Of a stretch of 64,000 nt of DNA, positions 40,001 to 53,200 are shown piece after piece (within the stretch, counting starts at the first letter, position 1; every line of letters starts with the position of its first letter). Both the position numbers and the translations under genes were made by a program. The DNA is from Oikopleura dioica (lineage: Eukaryota > Animalia > Chordata). The stretch is from positions 6,200,001 through 6,264,000 of the forward strand of contig OU015569.1 in NCBI GenBank assembly GCA_907165135.1, written 5' to 3'. The notes under the pieces were generated by a model that had not been told where the DNA came from, did no database searches, and worked only from the letters and a program-made list of their open reading frames with translations.

Positions 40001-41806
40001 GCGTGGATTTATTACATCAGCCATCAAGACTTTGCTTTTAATATTTTTCATTTGAGCTTGACTTATTCAGCCGCCAAAATGGCCATTCTCGATAAAGAAC
40101 TTGCCGCAAAGAAAAGTGAAAACGACGCAAAACGAGAAAAGCAAGACAAGGAAGATCTTGATCGAGCGCAAGCCGAGCTCAATAGCACACGTCACGAAAT
40201 AAAATCGATTGAAGAGAAGATCACTGCCCTCCGGAAGTTTGAAGCACAATTCGATCAATATCTACAGCAACTAAATGACAGCGCTATAGGCTGGGATCAC
40301 CTTTTTCTTAGCTTGAGTCATTATGGGCTTTGACCCGCAGGCCGCTTTTGAAAGTAAAGCTGATTAGGCGCATACGGAGGTCTGCTTACTATCATTCATA
40401 GTTGAATTTGCTGCATATTTTTAATAGTATTGATCCGTTCTAGAAATGTCACAAAAAACCGAAGAGCTCCGTGCTCAAGACACGAAGTTCACGGCGGAAA
40501 TGGAAAGTGAAGGTGGCAAATACACCGAGCTCCAGCAGTTCTCTTCGCAAGATGCTCAAGCAGTTGAGGACATTAATGCCCACGAGGCTGATCTCAAGGA
40601 GAAAATTGAGAATATGCTCTCTCAGAGTCAGAATATGCTCAAGGAACAACCTAAAATTGAAGCTGACTTGAAAAAGGCAAAGCTAGTCAATCAAAACTTT
40701 GTCCAAGAGCTAGAGGTAACGCAGAAGATGTAGATTCCATTTAACGAATATCCATCACGCAGGAGTTGAAATCAGCAAGCGACGCTCACAGCGCCAACAT
40801 ATCAAAACTCTCAGCAATCAAAAATGACAGCGAAGAAAAGCTTTCTAACGTTCAACAAAATGTATTCGACCAAAAAGTTGTCTACGCATGGCTTGAAGCT
40901 AATGCCGATTGCGCTGGTGATAGTGCGGAAGAAATCATTTTGAATCAGCGATCATACCTCGTCAATGCTATCAAAAGGGTACAGTTGGCTTAGTTCTTCT
41001 CGGTAATTTATTTATCTCGCTAGATTCCAATGCAACAGTCCGAAAACAAACGCCTTCTGCAAGAAAACGAAGAACTGACAAATCGTCTAGAGGCCATACG
41101 GGCTTCTTGTGCGGAGCTCGATAAGAAAATCGATGACGTAGAGACGAGTGAGGAGCTCGAAGCACAATTTACAGAGCTAAAAGAAGAAGTAGAAACTCTA
41201 CAGGCTAAGTTGGAAGTGACTAATGACTACTACGCCAAACGAGAGACGGAAATTAACGCGCAGCTTGGAACAGAATCTGCCGAAAGGTTTCTCTCTCTTC
41301 AAAATTCTAAATTGCGAATGATGTTCTTTAGAGACAATTTCGAAAGCTCTTACAATTCGCAAAAAGAGCGTGAATCTCAGGTGAAAGAGCAGCTCGATAC
41401 TTTGAAAGAACAGTGTGCTGATCTCGAGTCAAAATGGGAAGATGCTGATGTCAAATTTAACAAAATGCTTGCAGAACTTGAAGAGAGAAAAACAAGCAAC
41501 TTTTTGGCTTTGACTGATACTGAGATGAAAGGTTTGTGGCTGTGGATTCTACCTCATGATTAAAACTTTGTTTCAGTTGTCCAGCTCACTCAAGTTGTGC
41601 GCTCATTGAGAAACGATACGAACGAGATTGATGATCGCATTGAGCAAGCGCAAGAATACATGGCCGAGCTTGAGATGAAAATTGACGACTCGAGCCGCTC
41701 CGATAGACGCTCCGATACCGGTAATACAACGGGCACTAGCTCTCAAGGAAAAGCAGAAAATGAAAAATCTCGGCCTTCTCAGCCGAAAGCCAGACGACGA
41801 TTATAG
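37078..41806 (+). CDS. MIA3: TANGO1/MIA3-like ER-exit-site protein
   Basis: Signal peptide; MIA-type SH3 (CSNWACDEAIQEG...GDTIVV...GLFPSSVLRV); very long acidic luminal region; TM segment (FWLIYVLLSIFTFSFI); multiple coiled-coil exons. The 3' end is uncertain (stop at 41806, or an alternative last exon ending at 42178). Confidence 0.8.
38779..38834 (+). repeat. 24-bp coding tandem repeat (VQEQIQEG, about 2.3 copies)
   Basis: gttcaagagcagatccaagaggga twice exactly, followed by gttcaaga. Confidence 0.9.
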
Positions 41807-42290
41807 CTTAGAGATGTGATGGTAAACTAGCGGTGAAGTTTAGCTACGGTGTGTTGCAGTGAACTTTCATCCTCTCTTGCGAACTCGTTTTCTATTTATA
41901 CAACATAGAAGAGCTTTTCGCTAATCAATGTCTGTATTGATGGGAGGCGTTTTCATAAAACCATTATTAGTAACAAATTGCCTCTGATGACGGATGCGAC
42001 TATGTTTTAGATGACTAGTGGTGCCAAAAAGAAAGCTAAGCATCAATAACTAATTTATGTTGAAGGATCCGATCTGGGTTCTATGTCCCGCTCAATTGGT
42101 TCGCACTCCCATGCTTCAACCCGTCCAGATTCGCGACGTTCAAATCGTTCACATCGCCGCAACAACAGCGGCCGTTAGCCAATCAATATCATTAGTTTCA
42201 ACTGCAATGGATATTAATATTACTGTGCAATACAATGAATCAAATAGCTTCTATGATCTTGCCAATTATCGTTCTGATTTAAGATACCCG

Positions 42291-43183
42291 ATGCCGGTTG
42301 ATGTTCGTAAGCGGCCTACTCGACTTGTATCCTCTGCCTCTGCGATCTGGTCGTGGCAGTTTCGGATAATTCTTGTCGGCGACTCGACTGTCGGGAAATC
42401 AGCTCTTTTGAAGGTACTCAAGCTAGATTTATCATTGAATGACTGGAGAGTTTAGCGTTTTACGGAGGGATCATTCGCCGAAACGAGCGATCCAACTGTC
42501 GGAGTTGACTTTTTCGCGCGTGTGATTGAGATAGAAGACAGCGTTCCTGACTTCAGTAGATGTCGTCTACAGATTTGGGATACAGCAGGGCAAGAACGCT
42601 TTCGAAGTATTGCTAGAAGCTACTATCGAAATGCTGTTGGTGCATTGATAGTTTACGATATCACATCGCGGCAAGTTACGCTATCCCGACTTAGCGCTAA
42701 TTTCATTTCTAGAAAAAGCTTTGAAAATGCGTCCAACTGGCTGAAAGATGCTCAGTTGCATGCGGAGAATGGAATAGCGATTGCTCTTGCGGGTCAAAAA
42801 TCAGATCTTGATGCCCGTCGCGAGGTTTCGGTGCGTAATTTTTCTTTCTTATTCTATTTACGTTTGGCTCTCATTAGACGGAAGAAGCGGAAACCTGGGC
42901 TCATGAGAACAATCTTCCTTTTCTGGAAACATCTGCCAAAAACGACTACAACGTCGAACGCATATTCTCCAAGCTAGCAGTTGATATCTACAACAGAATA
43001 AATGATGGCCGATTGGTAAGAATCACATCAATGAATATTTATAAAGCTATTCAGAAATCCTGCGAGGGAATCAAGTCTGGGCTGGTCCCTGCTCAACCCC
43101 TCAGCGACATCGCCTCACCCATCGATGATTCTGGGTGCACAGTCAACACATCTGAATGCTGTAATGCAACTGGCAGCGCTTAA
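42291..43183 (+). CDS. RAB39: Rab39-like small GTPase
   Basis: AIWSWQFRIILVGDSTVGKS|RFTEGSFAETSDPTVGVDFFARVIEI...LQIWDTAGQERFRSIARSYYRNAVG...FLETSAK...CEGIKSGLVP matches Rab39 signatures. Confidence 0.9.
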
Positions 43184-43749
43184 AACTGAAATTCATTTTC
43201 ACTGTTTTGTACTTCTTCTTATCTCGTTAACTCATTTTTTTCTTCAACTTCAAGACCTCTTTTCTTCATTTTCAAGTTTTGCCTGTCAAGTCAATGTGAT
43301 TTCGTTCGTTCTATTCAAATTCTTGTAAATAAAGAAATGCCATTTAGATAAAATCGGGCTACGAAGATGATCCATAATAGATCGGAAGATTCAAAGAATC
43401 AACTTAAATAGACCTTTCAAATAATGCCTTACGACACTGCCTTCATAATAAAAATGACGAAATCAAAAACATACAAATATATTTCTAGGGGTCTCCACGG
43501 CAACAAGCCTCGCAGTTTTTTCGATAGTTAGGGCATATAGTCTATATGATATAGAGAGTTTTTGAAAGGGCTCGCGCTTCCGTCAAAGTCTTGAAGCCAA
43601 AAACTTATTGCGGTTACTAGAAGACCTTTGTTACAAAGAGGCGTCTGAAATACTATGGAATCTTGTTTAATGTTGGATCTGTCTTAATTTCGGATTTTGT
43701 ATATTTACACGCTTTCACATGGCCGCACTTTCGAGTTGAATCTTTTAGT

Positions 43750-45682
43750 CTGGCGTCTGAAAGAGAAAATTTGCTCTACTCGTTCGTATTTATGTGGAAA
43801 AAGATTCTACGTCTTATCTCGTCTCTTTTAACGTAGGTCCAATCTTAGAGCTTCTTTAGGGGGGTTGAACTTTGAGTTAAGCAATCGATGGCTCTACATA
43901 AGCCTTATAGTCGCCATCTTTGAGCAGGCAATCATTTACTTTACTGGTCTGATTCCATCAAAGATGATAACTGCGTTGACAGGCAAAAACCAGTCAGATT
44001 TCCAGTTTTGGCTCCTTGTTGGATTAGTCGGATTCACTCTGAACTCGTTAATACGATCTGCTAAAGCATACTTCGCCAATCTAACCTACATAAAACTACG
44101 CTCCGATTTAACTACTACAGGGTTAGAATCCTACTTCCTCAAGGTATTGAGTAGAACGAGGCGCGAGCATTCAAATGCTTCAGAATAACTTCTATCACTT
44201 GTGTGAATCTTCAATTGATAATGCTGATCAGCGACTAACAATGGACATCGACAAGTTCGCTCGCCAAACGATCGACCTCATTAATGTAGTCACAATTTTG
44301 CCTTTTACCATTGCATGGTACATGTACAAATGTGTCGTTGTTGCTTCATGGATTGGCACTCTGGCCAGCGTGCTCTTTTTTATCTTTGGTGCTGTTAGCC
44401 ACTCTTTGATCCTTCCCAAAGTAATCTTTTGGGCTAAGAAAATCGAAGAACACGAGGGCGATTATCGTTGGAGTCACGCTAAAATACGATCTAATGGGGA
44501 GGCCATTTGCATGTACGAAGGCGAAAACACTGAGAAGTCACTCCTTGCTTCGCTCGGAAACGTGTTATTTCAAACCCAGGTGACCATAGTCGAGTTAAAG
44601 GATGTGGATTAAACTTTTACTGCAGCGTTCCCATGCAGTACGCGGCTTTTTCTTGGAATGGTCAATTCAATTTTTTGATCTCACTGGTGGTCTTGTTCCT
44701 TACATGTGCCTTGGTCCTCTTGTCTTCGGAGGAAAATATTCAGACCTACCAGCGGATGAGCTCTCTGGGATAATCTCTATGAACAGCTTTCAAATTATCA
44801 TGCTCATTTATCAATTTACGCAGCTCTTAGATCAAATGAAAAAGATATCGGACATTATTGCCTGTGGAGAACGAATATCTGATCTTTTGGAGTTTTGCAA
44901 GAACTCGCCAGAGCTCGAGAACAAGTCATTTACTACATCCCGAATGAGCAGCAATCGTGATGATCAAAAAGACTTAAAAATCGAAGCAGGGAATATATTG
45001 GAATTATCAAACCTCGATGTGAGATTCAAATCGAAACCGCTTATCTCCAATATTACGATTTCGCTGATGAACAACGAAAACCTCATGATCACTGGGCCAA
45101 ACGGCAGTGGAAAGTCGAGTATATTTCGATCGCTGAAGGGACTTTGGCGAAAAAATCTTAACGCCAGAATACGTCTTTTGGACGACTCAATGTTTATTTC
45201 TCAATATCCTTACGTAACAGATGGCTGCCTTTTATTTCAAATCACTTATCCTCAACGAGATTTGACCGTCGATGCAAGAAAACGAGCCGTGAATGCTCTG
45301 AAATTTGTCGGTCTCGGTTCTCTTCAGTTGCAGATTGACGATGATAGAAACTGGAGCCAATGTCTCTCTTTTGGAGAACAGCAAAAGATAGCTCTAGCAA
45401 GGTTCATATTATTATTTTTTTATTTAGAACTATCTATTCGATGTTTTATTGGTTGTTCGTCTTTAAAGTATTTTTAGAGTTTTCTTTCGAAAACCCCGTC
45501 TTGTTTTCCTGGATGAGTCCACTTCGGGTATCCCAGAAGAAGAAGAAACAGAAATCTACAAAGAACTCGTAAAACAAGACGTCACATTCGTCTCTATCGT
45601 TCATCGATCGAATCTTGCCAAATTTCACGTAAAACACCTAAGAATCTGTTCCGATGGAACTCACACTATTTCTCCCATTTGA
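43750..45682 (+). CDS. ABCD4: ABC subfamily D half-transporter, ABCD4-like
   Basis: FEQAIIYFTGLIPS, IDNADQRLTMDIDKF, EGDYRWSHAKIRSNGE; Walker A ITGPNGSGKSS; signature LSFGEQQK; Walker B FFLDESTS. The start is approximate. Confidence 0.88.
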
Positions 45683-45738
45683 ATCGACTGTTAAGCCACT
45701 CAATAAATTATTTATTTCCCATCATATTTCTAGCCTGA

Positions 45739-48620
45739 ATGAATAGTCGTTTCCTTGTACTAGCATTCGGGTGGATCGTGTCATATGCTCTCGCATCTCA
45801 TGCAAAGCACGTGCTCGTTGTAATTGCAGATGATTTTGGCTGGGCGGATGTATCTTACCATAACTCAGGCGGCATAAAAACACCAAACATTGATAAGCTT
45901 GTGCGGGAAGGACTCGAACTTACAAACTACTATTCTCAGCATGTTTGCACGCCTACTAGATCAGCTCTGCTAACTGGAAGATACCCTATCCACACTGGCC
46001 TGCAGGGAAACTTTCTCAAATATTTATGTTCCAGTTATTGCATTCTTTTGCGCGGAATGCTAAAAATATTCTCGGAGGATAATATTTAAGTTAGCTAAAA
46101 GACAAACGTTATTGCGATCTCCCAGCCGAGCGGACTGCAAAGAAACGAAACGCTTTTGCCGGAATACCTAGGTTTGCTGATTCTGGTTTATTGGTCGAAG
46201 ATGAGAATTTGTGCATAGATGAGTTTTTACAAAGACAATCAAATTAAGATCTTTACAGGGAAATTTAAAATATTCATATTGAAATGTACAAACAATTTGC
46301 AAATCCATGGGTGACTATTTAACAGATGGAAGAGTCAGTTCGAGTTCTTTTGGACGGCTGCAATGGTTCCTCGTTTGATTTTCTCTTCAGTTTCTCACGT
46401 TTCAGGCCTTCTTTGACGGACATTTTCCATAGTTCTATTTCTTCGCGAATAAATTCACGAAGATTTGTTTTTTCTTCTTCGGTGAAATCAGGGTCATCTG
46501 TGACTAACATAGCATCGTAGAGTTGCTGCAATTTTCTAACGATTCGCTGGTCGCGCTCAAGAATAGTCAAATTTTGCACATTCATATTTTTCTCGATTTT
46601 AAACTGAATGCGTCCCTGTTTGGATTTTTCAGATTGCTTTTCTTCCCTGATTCTTATCGAGAATAACCGTTGAAGTGATCGTTGTGTGTAACCATTTTGC
46701 GATCGCTGTTTATTTAGAATCATGCAGCATCACACAACGGCATATGGTTGGAAAGTGGCACGTGGGGCACGGATATTCTTGGATGACTCCATGGAGACGT
46801 GGGTTTCAAACATTCTCTGGGTATTTGGCAGGTACCCATTTTTATTCCCCTTATTTTCAATTTTTGTCATTTTTGGCAGGTGCGGAGGATCATTACACTA
46901 GAGAATGGTGCATGGAGGGGACAGATTGGTGTGGTGTGGATTACGCAGAGCATAACCATGGTTTTACTGGACCAGCCAACTCTACTTGGGGAGAGTACAG
47001 TGGGGACTTGTATCTTCGAAAAATGCGTCAAGTTGTTCAGGTCAGGGTTCCAAATATACTTGCAGCATATATAGTACTCTTGACTTTATTTAAAACTATT
47101 TAAAACAAACTTTATTTAAAACACTCCACTCACGGGTGTCAACATCGATTTCAGGATTTTTTGGGACGCAGCTAGGAAATCTTCTAATAATTTTTTTAAA
47201 TTTGATTTTTTGCCTACTATAAGATTACCTGGGCTAATAACTATCAGAATAATGGAAACTGCCTATCGTTTCCAGATCGTTCAATGGTACCACATTCACA
47301 TTCGTGAGTGACCAAGTCAAAATCGTTTGAACATTTCCCTGTGCTGAAACATAGGACTTTTGTTCAAACGAATTACAATAGAAATCGATTCTGGTCAGTC
47401 AGAAATGTGAATCACGGTATGTATCTTTTGACTGTAAAAATTTGATCGCTTTCTTTTGCAAATATCTGGAACCCTATTTCAGTCCATTGATCCAACTCAG
47501 GATTCGTTCGTCTATTTCGCCCCTCAGCATGTCCACGTAACGTTTAATCCATTTATATAAAATCTAATATCTTATATAAGTATCCATTGCAAGCACTAGA
47601 AAGACACCTTCTCAAGTACAGCTGGATTGTCGATGAAAACAGAAGAAAGTATGCAGCTATGGTTGCTTCTTTGGATGAAATGATCGGAGACGTTGTTGAG
47701 CTTTATCGGAATAGAGGACTTTTGGATAAAACAATTGGTTTCTTTGTTGCTGACAACGGAGGTGAAACAAGAGACGGGGGAAATAACTGGCCCTATTCTG
47801 GGCAAAAATGGACACTTCTCGAAGGTGGTGTTAAAACTACCGGATTCATGTTTGGCGGACTTGTTCCTCATGGTAAATATAACGGATTCTTCCATGTATC
47901 GGATATTCTCCCGACGATTTTGAACGCCTTCAAATGTCCAATAAGCAAGAACATTGATGGAGTCGCGCAATGGAACGCTATCAAAAATTCGGATGCATTT
48001 CCACGATCGGAAATTCTTCATAACATCGACCCAACAAAAGTGAATGATGTTTCAAGAGATAATCGAAAGTGGAATTCCAATTGGGATGTCCGAGTACAAG
48101 CTGCTATCCGAAAGGGGCCCTGGAAACTTATAACCGGTGATCCTGGATTTACGTCCGATGCCGTTCCTGAGTACCCTGTGCCCCCACCAGAGTGGAATCA
48201 GCAAATTTACCAACGAAATAGAATTCTTTGGTCTGTGAGTCAAATCACCGGGCAATCTGCAGACCGTTTTGAAAATCACCGAGACAAACTCGTGAGGCTC
48301 TTTAACATCGATGAGGACCCATATGAAAGCAGAGACATCAGGAACGTCAACCAAAGATTTATCTAGTTAATTTATTGCAAGAAAATACGGTGACCTGCGA
48401 AGTAATGAATATCCTACAATCGTGGAAGAGATGCTCGATCGTTTGCTTGCATACAATTCTACAATGATACCTCCACAACTTCCTGATTTAGGTTACAGTG
48501 TATTTGAGTTACTTGGAGGAAAACTGTACTTTAGATCCCATATCGAATCCAAAGTTGCACGCGGGTTTCTGGTACCCTTGGAAAAATGATGTTGAAATTA
48601 ATGAACATCAGCTTCTTTAG
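45739..48620 (+). CDS. ARSB: Arylsulfatase B-like sulfatase
   Basis: Signal peptide; HVLVVIADDFGWADV; formylglycine motif CTPTRSALLTGRYPIHTG; HMVGKWHVG; FVADNGG...GNNWP...KWTLLEGGV; AAIRKGPWKL; LFNIDEDPYE; FWYPW. It could equally be ARSI/ARSJ. Confidence 0.9.
46319..46723 (-). CDS. Intronless antisense ORF nested in a sulfatase intron (134 aa, or 88 aa from ATG 46585)
   Basis: Open frame filling most of the ~545-nt intron (about 46172-46717); highly charged, helical-looking, with a basic KRK...KRTR C-terminus. Confidence 0.45.
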   Translation of the reverse strand: MILNKQRSQNGYTQRSLQRLFSIRIREEKQSEKSKQGRIQFKIEKNMNVQNLTILERDQRIVRKLQQLYDAMLVTDDPDFTEEEKTNLREFIREEIELWKMSVKEGLKREKLKRKSNEEPLQPSKRTRTDSSIC

Positions 48621-49415
48621 CTTATCCTGCTAATTTCTGCATAGACATGAACTTCTTTACTGCCAATAAACTCAACTCAAGGGAAAACTACATTATATGA
48701 CCATGTTTGATAGTCATAAAAACAAAGAATATCGGTCTGGCGCTGGGAATATATTTACAATTGTGGTTACCGGTAGGAAGGCGGAATGTGGGATTTAGGT
48801 GAAAGAGGAAACTTGAGTCTGGAATATACTAGATCTCAGGAAGGGGCGAGTTTCATAGCCCAGAAAGAGTTACAAAAATAATAGTAGAGGTAAGAATATA
48901 CGGTCGGGGTCTTCGATAGGAGACAACACGCAAATAAATTAAATAGCAGGAGAGCTCGTTCTCTTGCAAGCAGGAAGCGAGAAAAAGCGGGTTGGAGGCT
49001 AGGGCAACTGTAAAGCGGTTACGATTCAGGAATGAATATCCACACATACACTGAACTAGTAGGTTGCAACCTCAAATGAGTTGTCCGCTGTCTCGTGTAC
49101 GCGAGGATCTCGACAATGATTAATTCAAAATAGGTTTAAAAAAATCATCAATACAGTCGGCCTAGCCACCAAGCAACTATGAGTTTAAAAGAACCCCCGC
49201 GATTCTTGTTAAGTTTAAATAAACAATTAATGAAAACTGGCTTTGTTTTTAGTTAAAATGATAGGATAAAGAGTCGCGGAGATGTTTTCAAACTTAGTAG
49301 AATCGTTGTTGTTTGCATGGAGGAATTACTTTGACAGATATATGTATTTTGCCGATCAACGGTTCAAGTAAGTAACTAGCTTACCTCTCTTGTGAAAAGA
49401 ATGACCATTGAGTTT

Positions 49416-49558
49416 TGACGTCATAAATTAAGCACTTATTAACAGAGGGAAGTAATGGCGAAAAACGGAACGCATAAGAACTTTGGCGGAATGATTTTTA
49501 CAATTTCTAGCCAAAAGAGCCAGTTACAATGCTTCAATTTAAGGAGTGACGTCACTCC
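49416..49558. promoter_or_regulatory. Pair of full cAMP-response elements
   Basis: TGACGTCA at 49416-49423 and 49547-49554; the second lies within the perfect 16-bp palindrome GGAGTGACGTCACTCC. Confidence 0.5.
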
Positions 49559-50229
49559 ATAATTTGCAACATTAAATGTTTTTGAGTTAAATGAAGTACA
49601 TTCCTAGTGATGCACCGCGCAACGTATTTGAAATAGCGGTTAGGGGTGTCCACGGGAAAAATAGCATTTACTCGAAGCAGACCCAAATTGGCAATAGAAA
49701 ACGGATTCATATAGTAAAAGTTGTTTTTAATTTCGATCTTTGGAGTTTCAGGAGCAAGAATAAAAAGTCAGGAAGAGGATATAACCCAACCGATAGCGGA
49801 AAAAATCAGCCGAATGTTTAAAGAAGACCATCACCATTACGTTTTTAAATATATAAATATGCTCATGTGTGTGTTTAGGGAGTGATCTGGCATTCATGAT
49901 CGTGAAAGTTCTCGCGTAGGTAAAGGGTTTTTAATTCCGATGAATAAAGAGAAATGTGTGCGCATTGCTAAAGTAAAGTTGCTGAGAGACACGAGTTTAT
50001 CGTTTACAATCAGTTGCAAAAAAGCGTCGAAAACCAGAAGTATTAGGTCATAAAGAAGATTCAGACTATTTTTAATAGCCATGGGTTGAGTGACGTATTG
50101 TTAAAACGTTTTTTAACGAGGGCTTTTGGATCAAGCTTGATAAGAAGCAATCAAATGTAGAATTTAAAGTTATAAACACGAGCCGTGGAGTCGAGAGCTC
50201 CTCTCCACGAATTTGAGCGTTAACTGAGG

Positions 50230-53200
50230 TTAGGTCATCATATCACGCTCAATGACGAATGTGAGTCGGTCGCCTAGCTTCTCTAGTCCTAGATGAATCA
50301 GATCCAGCTCGTTGATATCGTACACAGCGGTGCCTTCTACTTGTTCGTCCGCGAAGTTACGCGTAAACTCTCCCAGCTGAATAGTTCGCAACCAAAGCCC
50401 AACATCTCCCATCGGCGTAATCCATTCTTTATTCCTCCAGCAGTCTTTCGATGACTGGAGCGAGGGACTCAGCGGAAGAGCTTAATTAAACTCGATGGAT
50501 TAGAACTCATCTCGGTAAACTTACATTTCTGAGTAACATGCATTCTTAATGCACGCCAAAGAGTTTTTCTGGGGCCGAGTCTTTCGGCGAGCGGTCGTAT
50601 CTGTCGTAAGTTCTCGTTCTCCGCCTCTTGCGTCATTAGACCTGTGCGAATCATGTATTCGTTCAAGTAGTTCAAATGGCGACCGTTAATCTTCTCCCTG
50701 CGAAAGTTCTCGATGATCTCGTCGGACATGTGCCACTCCTGGAGTTTTCTGAATAGTTGGTCAGAATATTAGGTTTGATTAAAACAAGTGCTAGGAAACG
50801 TTTACTTACGAGCACACTTCCTCTGTTGTTAGATCAGAGTATTGCGTCGGTGAGAGTGAGTTTGCCTGGAAATTCGAGTCGTCCATCACCGAATCAACTG
50901 GACTTGATTGGGCTGAGCTGAACCCTCCCGAATTACCCGATATATTTCGATGCAGGCGTCTGTTTGAAATGGACTCCGCAGGTGAACCTTGAGGTGAGTC
51001 ATATTCTCCACTCCTGTGAGGCCGCCTGTATGGATGATGAGTTCTGTAGCGCGGCTTTCTGTACGGTGATTGCTCAACGTCAGAATATTGTGATGATGCT
51101 GAGTTTGATTCCGGCGTTTTAACTAGATCCGGCCATCGTTCACTACTTCTTCGCTCACTACAATGTTTGTTTTTATTTACAATCAAACTATAAGAATTAC
51201 CGTTCCCCGGAAGCCTCCCGGATCTTCTCGGGGAGTGATTTTGTTAGTTCCTTAAACTTGTTTTCCAACATCTCTACCATCGTTTCTTTGAGTTGTTGAT
51301 CTCTACTGGCGTCCTGCGCCTGTTGAGATCGCAATTCTTTCAGTTCCATCTGCATTTGATAATTTTGAGCCATTTCTCGATGGCCTTGTTGAATTCCCTG
51401 ATCTTTTATCATTGGCACAATCATGGCGTTCAAACTAGAATCAATTCGGATAGGTAAAACACTAAAAGACTTACGAGTTCTGCAGATTTCCAAGACCGAT
51501 CGTATTGGAAATGGACGAGAGTTGAATGAGCTGATTGTTTGTCTGATTTTCTTGCGCGGACAGGTGAGCGCGGGGATTAAGCCTTGGATCATCCAGATGA
51601 CCCGGATTATTCGTCTGCGGAACTAGCTGGTTCATAGAATTCGTTTCCATTCGCGTTGAATTCGGGTCACTTTTCCTCCTATCGCGAGGATTAGATTGAT
51701 GACGAGCTTCTTAAAAATTGTTATTAGCGATTGACAAACAGAGGCCAGAATAACCTCGTGAGCTCGAGCGATGCGGCGAGTCGTCATCATAAGAATCAAT
51801 GCGCCTTCTACCTCGATCATCATCTCTGTCTCTTCTATCCCTGCGAAACGGAGATCGTGATTGCCGAGGGGAGTAGTAGTCGCGATCGTCGCGATCGTAC
51901 GGCGAGTGGTCTCTTCTGCAGTCAGCTCTACGATCACCATGATGATGTCGGGAGAAATCTAACGCCCTCCTGCTATTCCGACTTGGATAACTTTCATGAG
52001 GAGATAAGGAACGATAGTGGTGGTCGTCATTGTTTCGTCTGTAAGGTGAAATAGGCTAAACATCTTTACTTACAATATTGTTAAACAAGCTGAATTACTC
52101 TATGATGTTGTGATGCGTGATGCGGACGTCTCTGATGATGATCACGTGATGGAATACGCGAACTGTGCCCGTAAGGAGCTTCTTCAAAGTCCATTGGAGA
52201 AAGATGTCCAGTTTGGTAGTTTTGATTGTGATGTTGGTTATGCGCATGCAGGGCGCTGGGCGGTTGGACAACAGGTCCAGAACGAATGATCTGAGATGAG
52301 ACAGCGGGCTGTGTAATTCGAGGTTGATAGTTTAGGCTTCCCGAAAGCTGGACATTACGAGACGGAATCGTTGTCGTTGAGGCGGCAAGCAGTGGTCCAT
52401 GCGTTTGGTTTGTTGGTAAAAAGCTTGCGGCAGACGGGATAAACTGTTGATGGGCTGGCTCAACGTAGGTCGTCGGCCCAGGTACATTTACAGGTTGAGA
52501 AGAAAGATGTACTGTAGAGGCATGTCCACTTTGAGTTTGGTAGGAGTTGTTATTCATCTGACTGGATTGCTGAGCGTTTGAGTTCGCAGTCATTTGCAGG
52601 GGCTGCTGAACGGGTCTTGGCATCGGCTAGAAAGAAAGTTAGAGCTAGCTTTGAAGAGCAACGCGCGTACAGGTGGTTGGACTTGAGAGAGGTTAGATTC
52701 CTGATATAGTGGTTCTTGACGTCGAGGTCTTGTATTAGCGGGAAGCACAGTCGGCGTTGCCAGCTGGTCGTTTGTCTCGCGTGACGGTTGGATATGCGAG
52801 GGTTGAGCTAAAGCAGCTTGATTTTGTTGTGGTGTTGACGGAAGGTTGCTTGATAGTGTTGGAGCGCGAGAGCCAGTTTGGTTTGGACTATATTGCAAAG
52901 TCGATGCTTGGGGGTTGTGTGAGTAAGCAGGATTGGAATGAATGGGGCGTGTTAATGGTAGAGTGCCACTTGCATGAAGGGAAGCACTCGCTGCTGGAGT
53001 TGGTAGCGATGTAGCAGGAGTCGTTGGTTGGTGAATAGATGGTGTTGGATTGAATACCCGCACAGGCTCTACCTGGCGATGGTCCGCTCTAGGGCGCGTT
53101 GGTTGAAGAACTTGAGCAGGCCTACGTATCGGCTGGCGGTCAACCTCCATTAGCTCTCTACAATAAGAAAATAAACGCGATGTTCTACGCTTAAACACCT

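Noticed and set aside
49636-49656. TAGGGGTGTCCAC as a hAT terminal repeat
   Set aside because: No partner inverted repeat or TSD found nearby.
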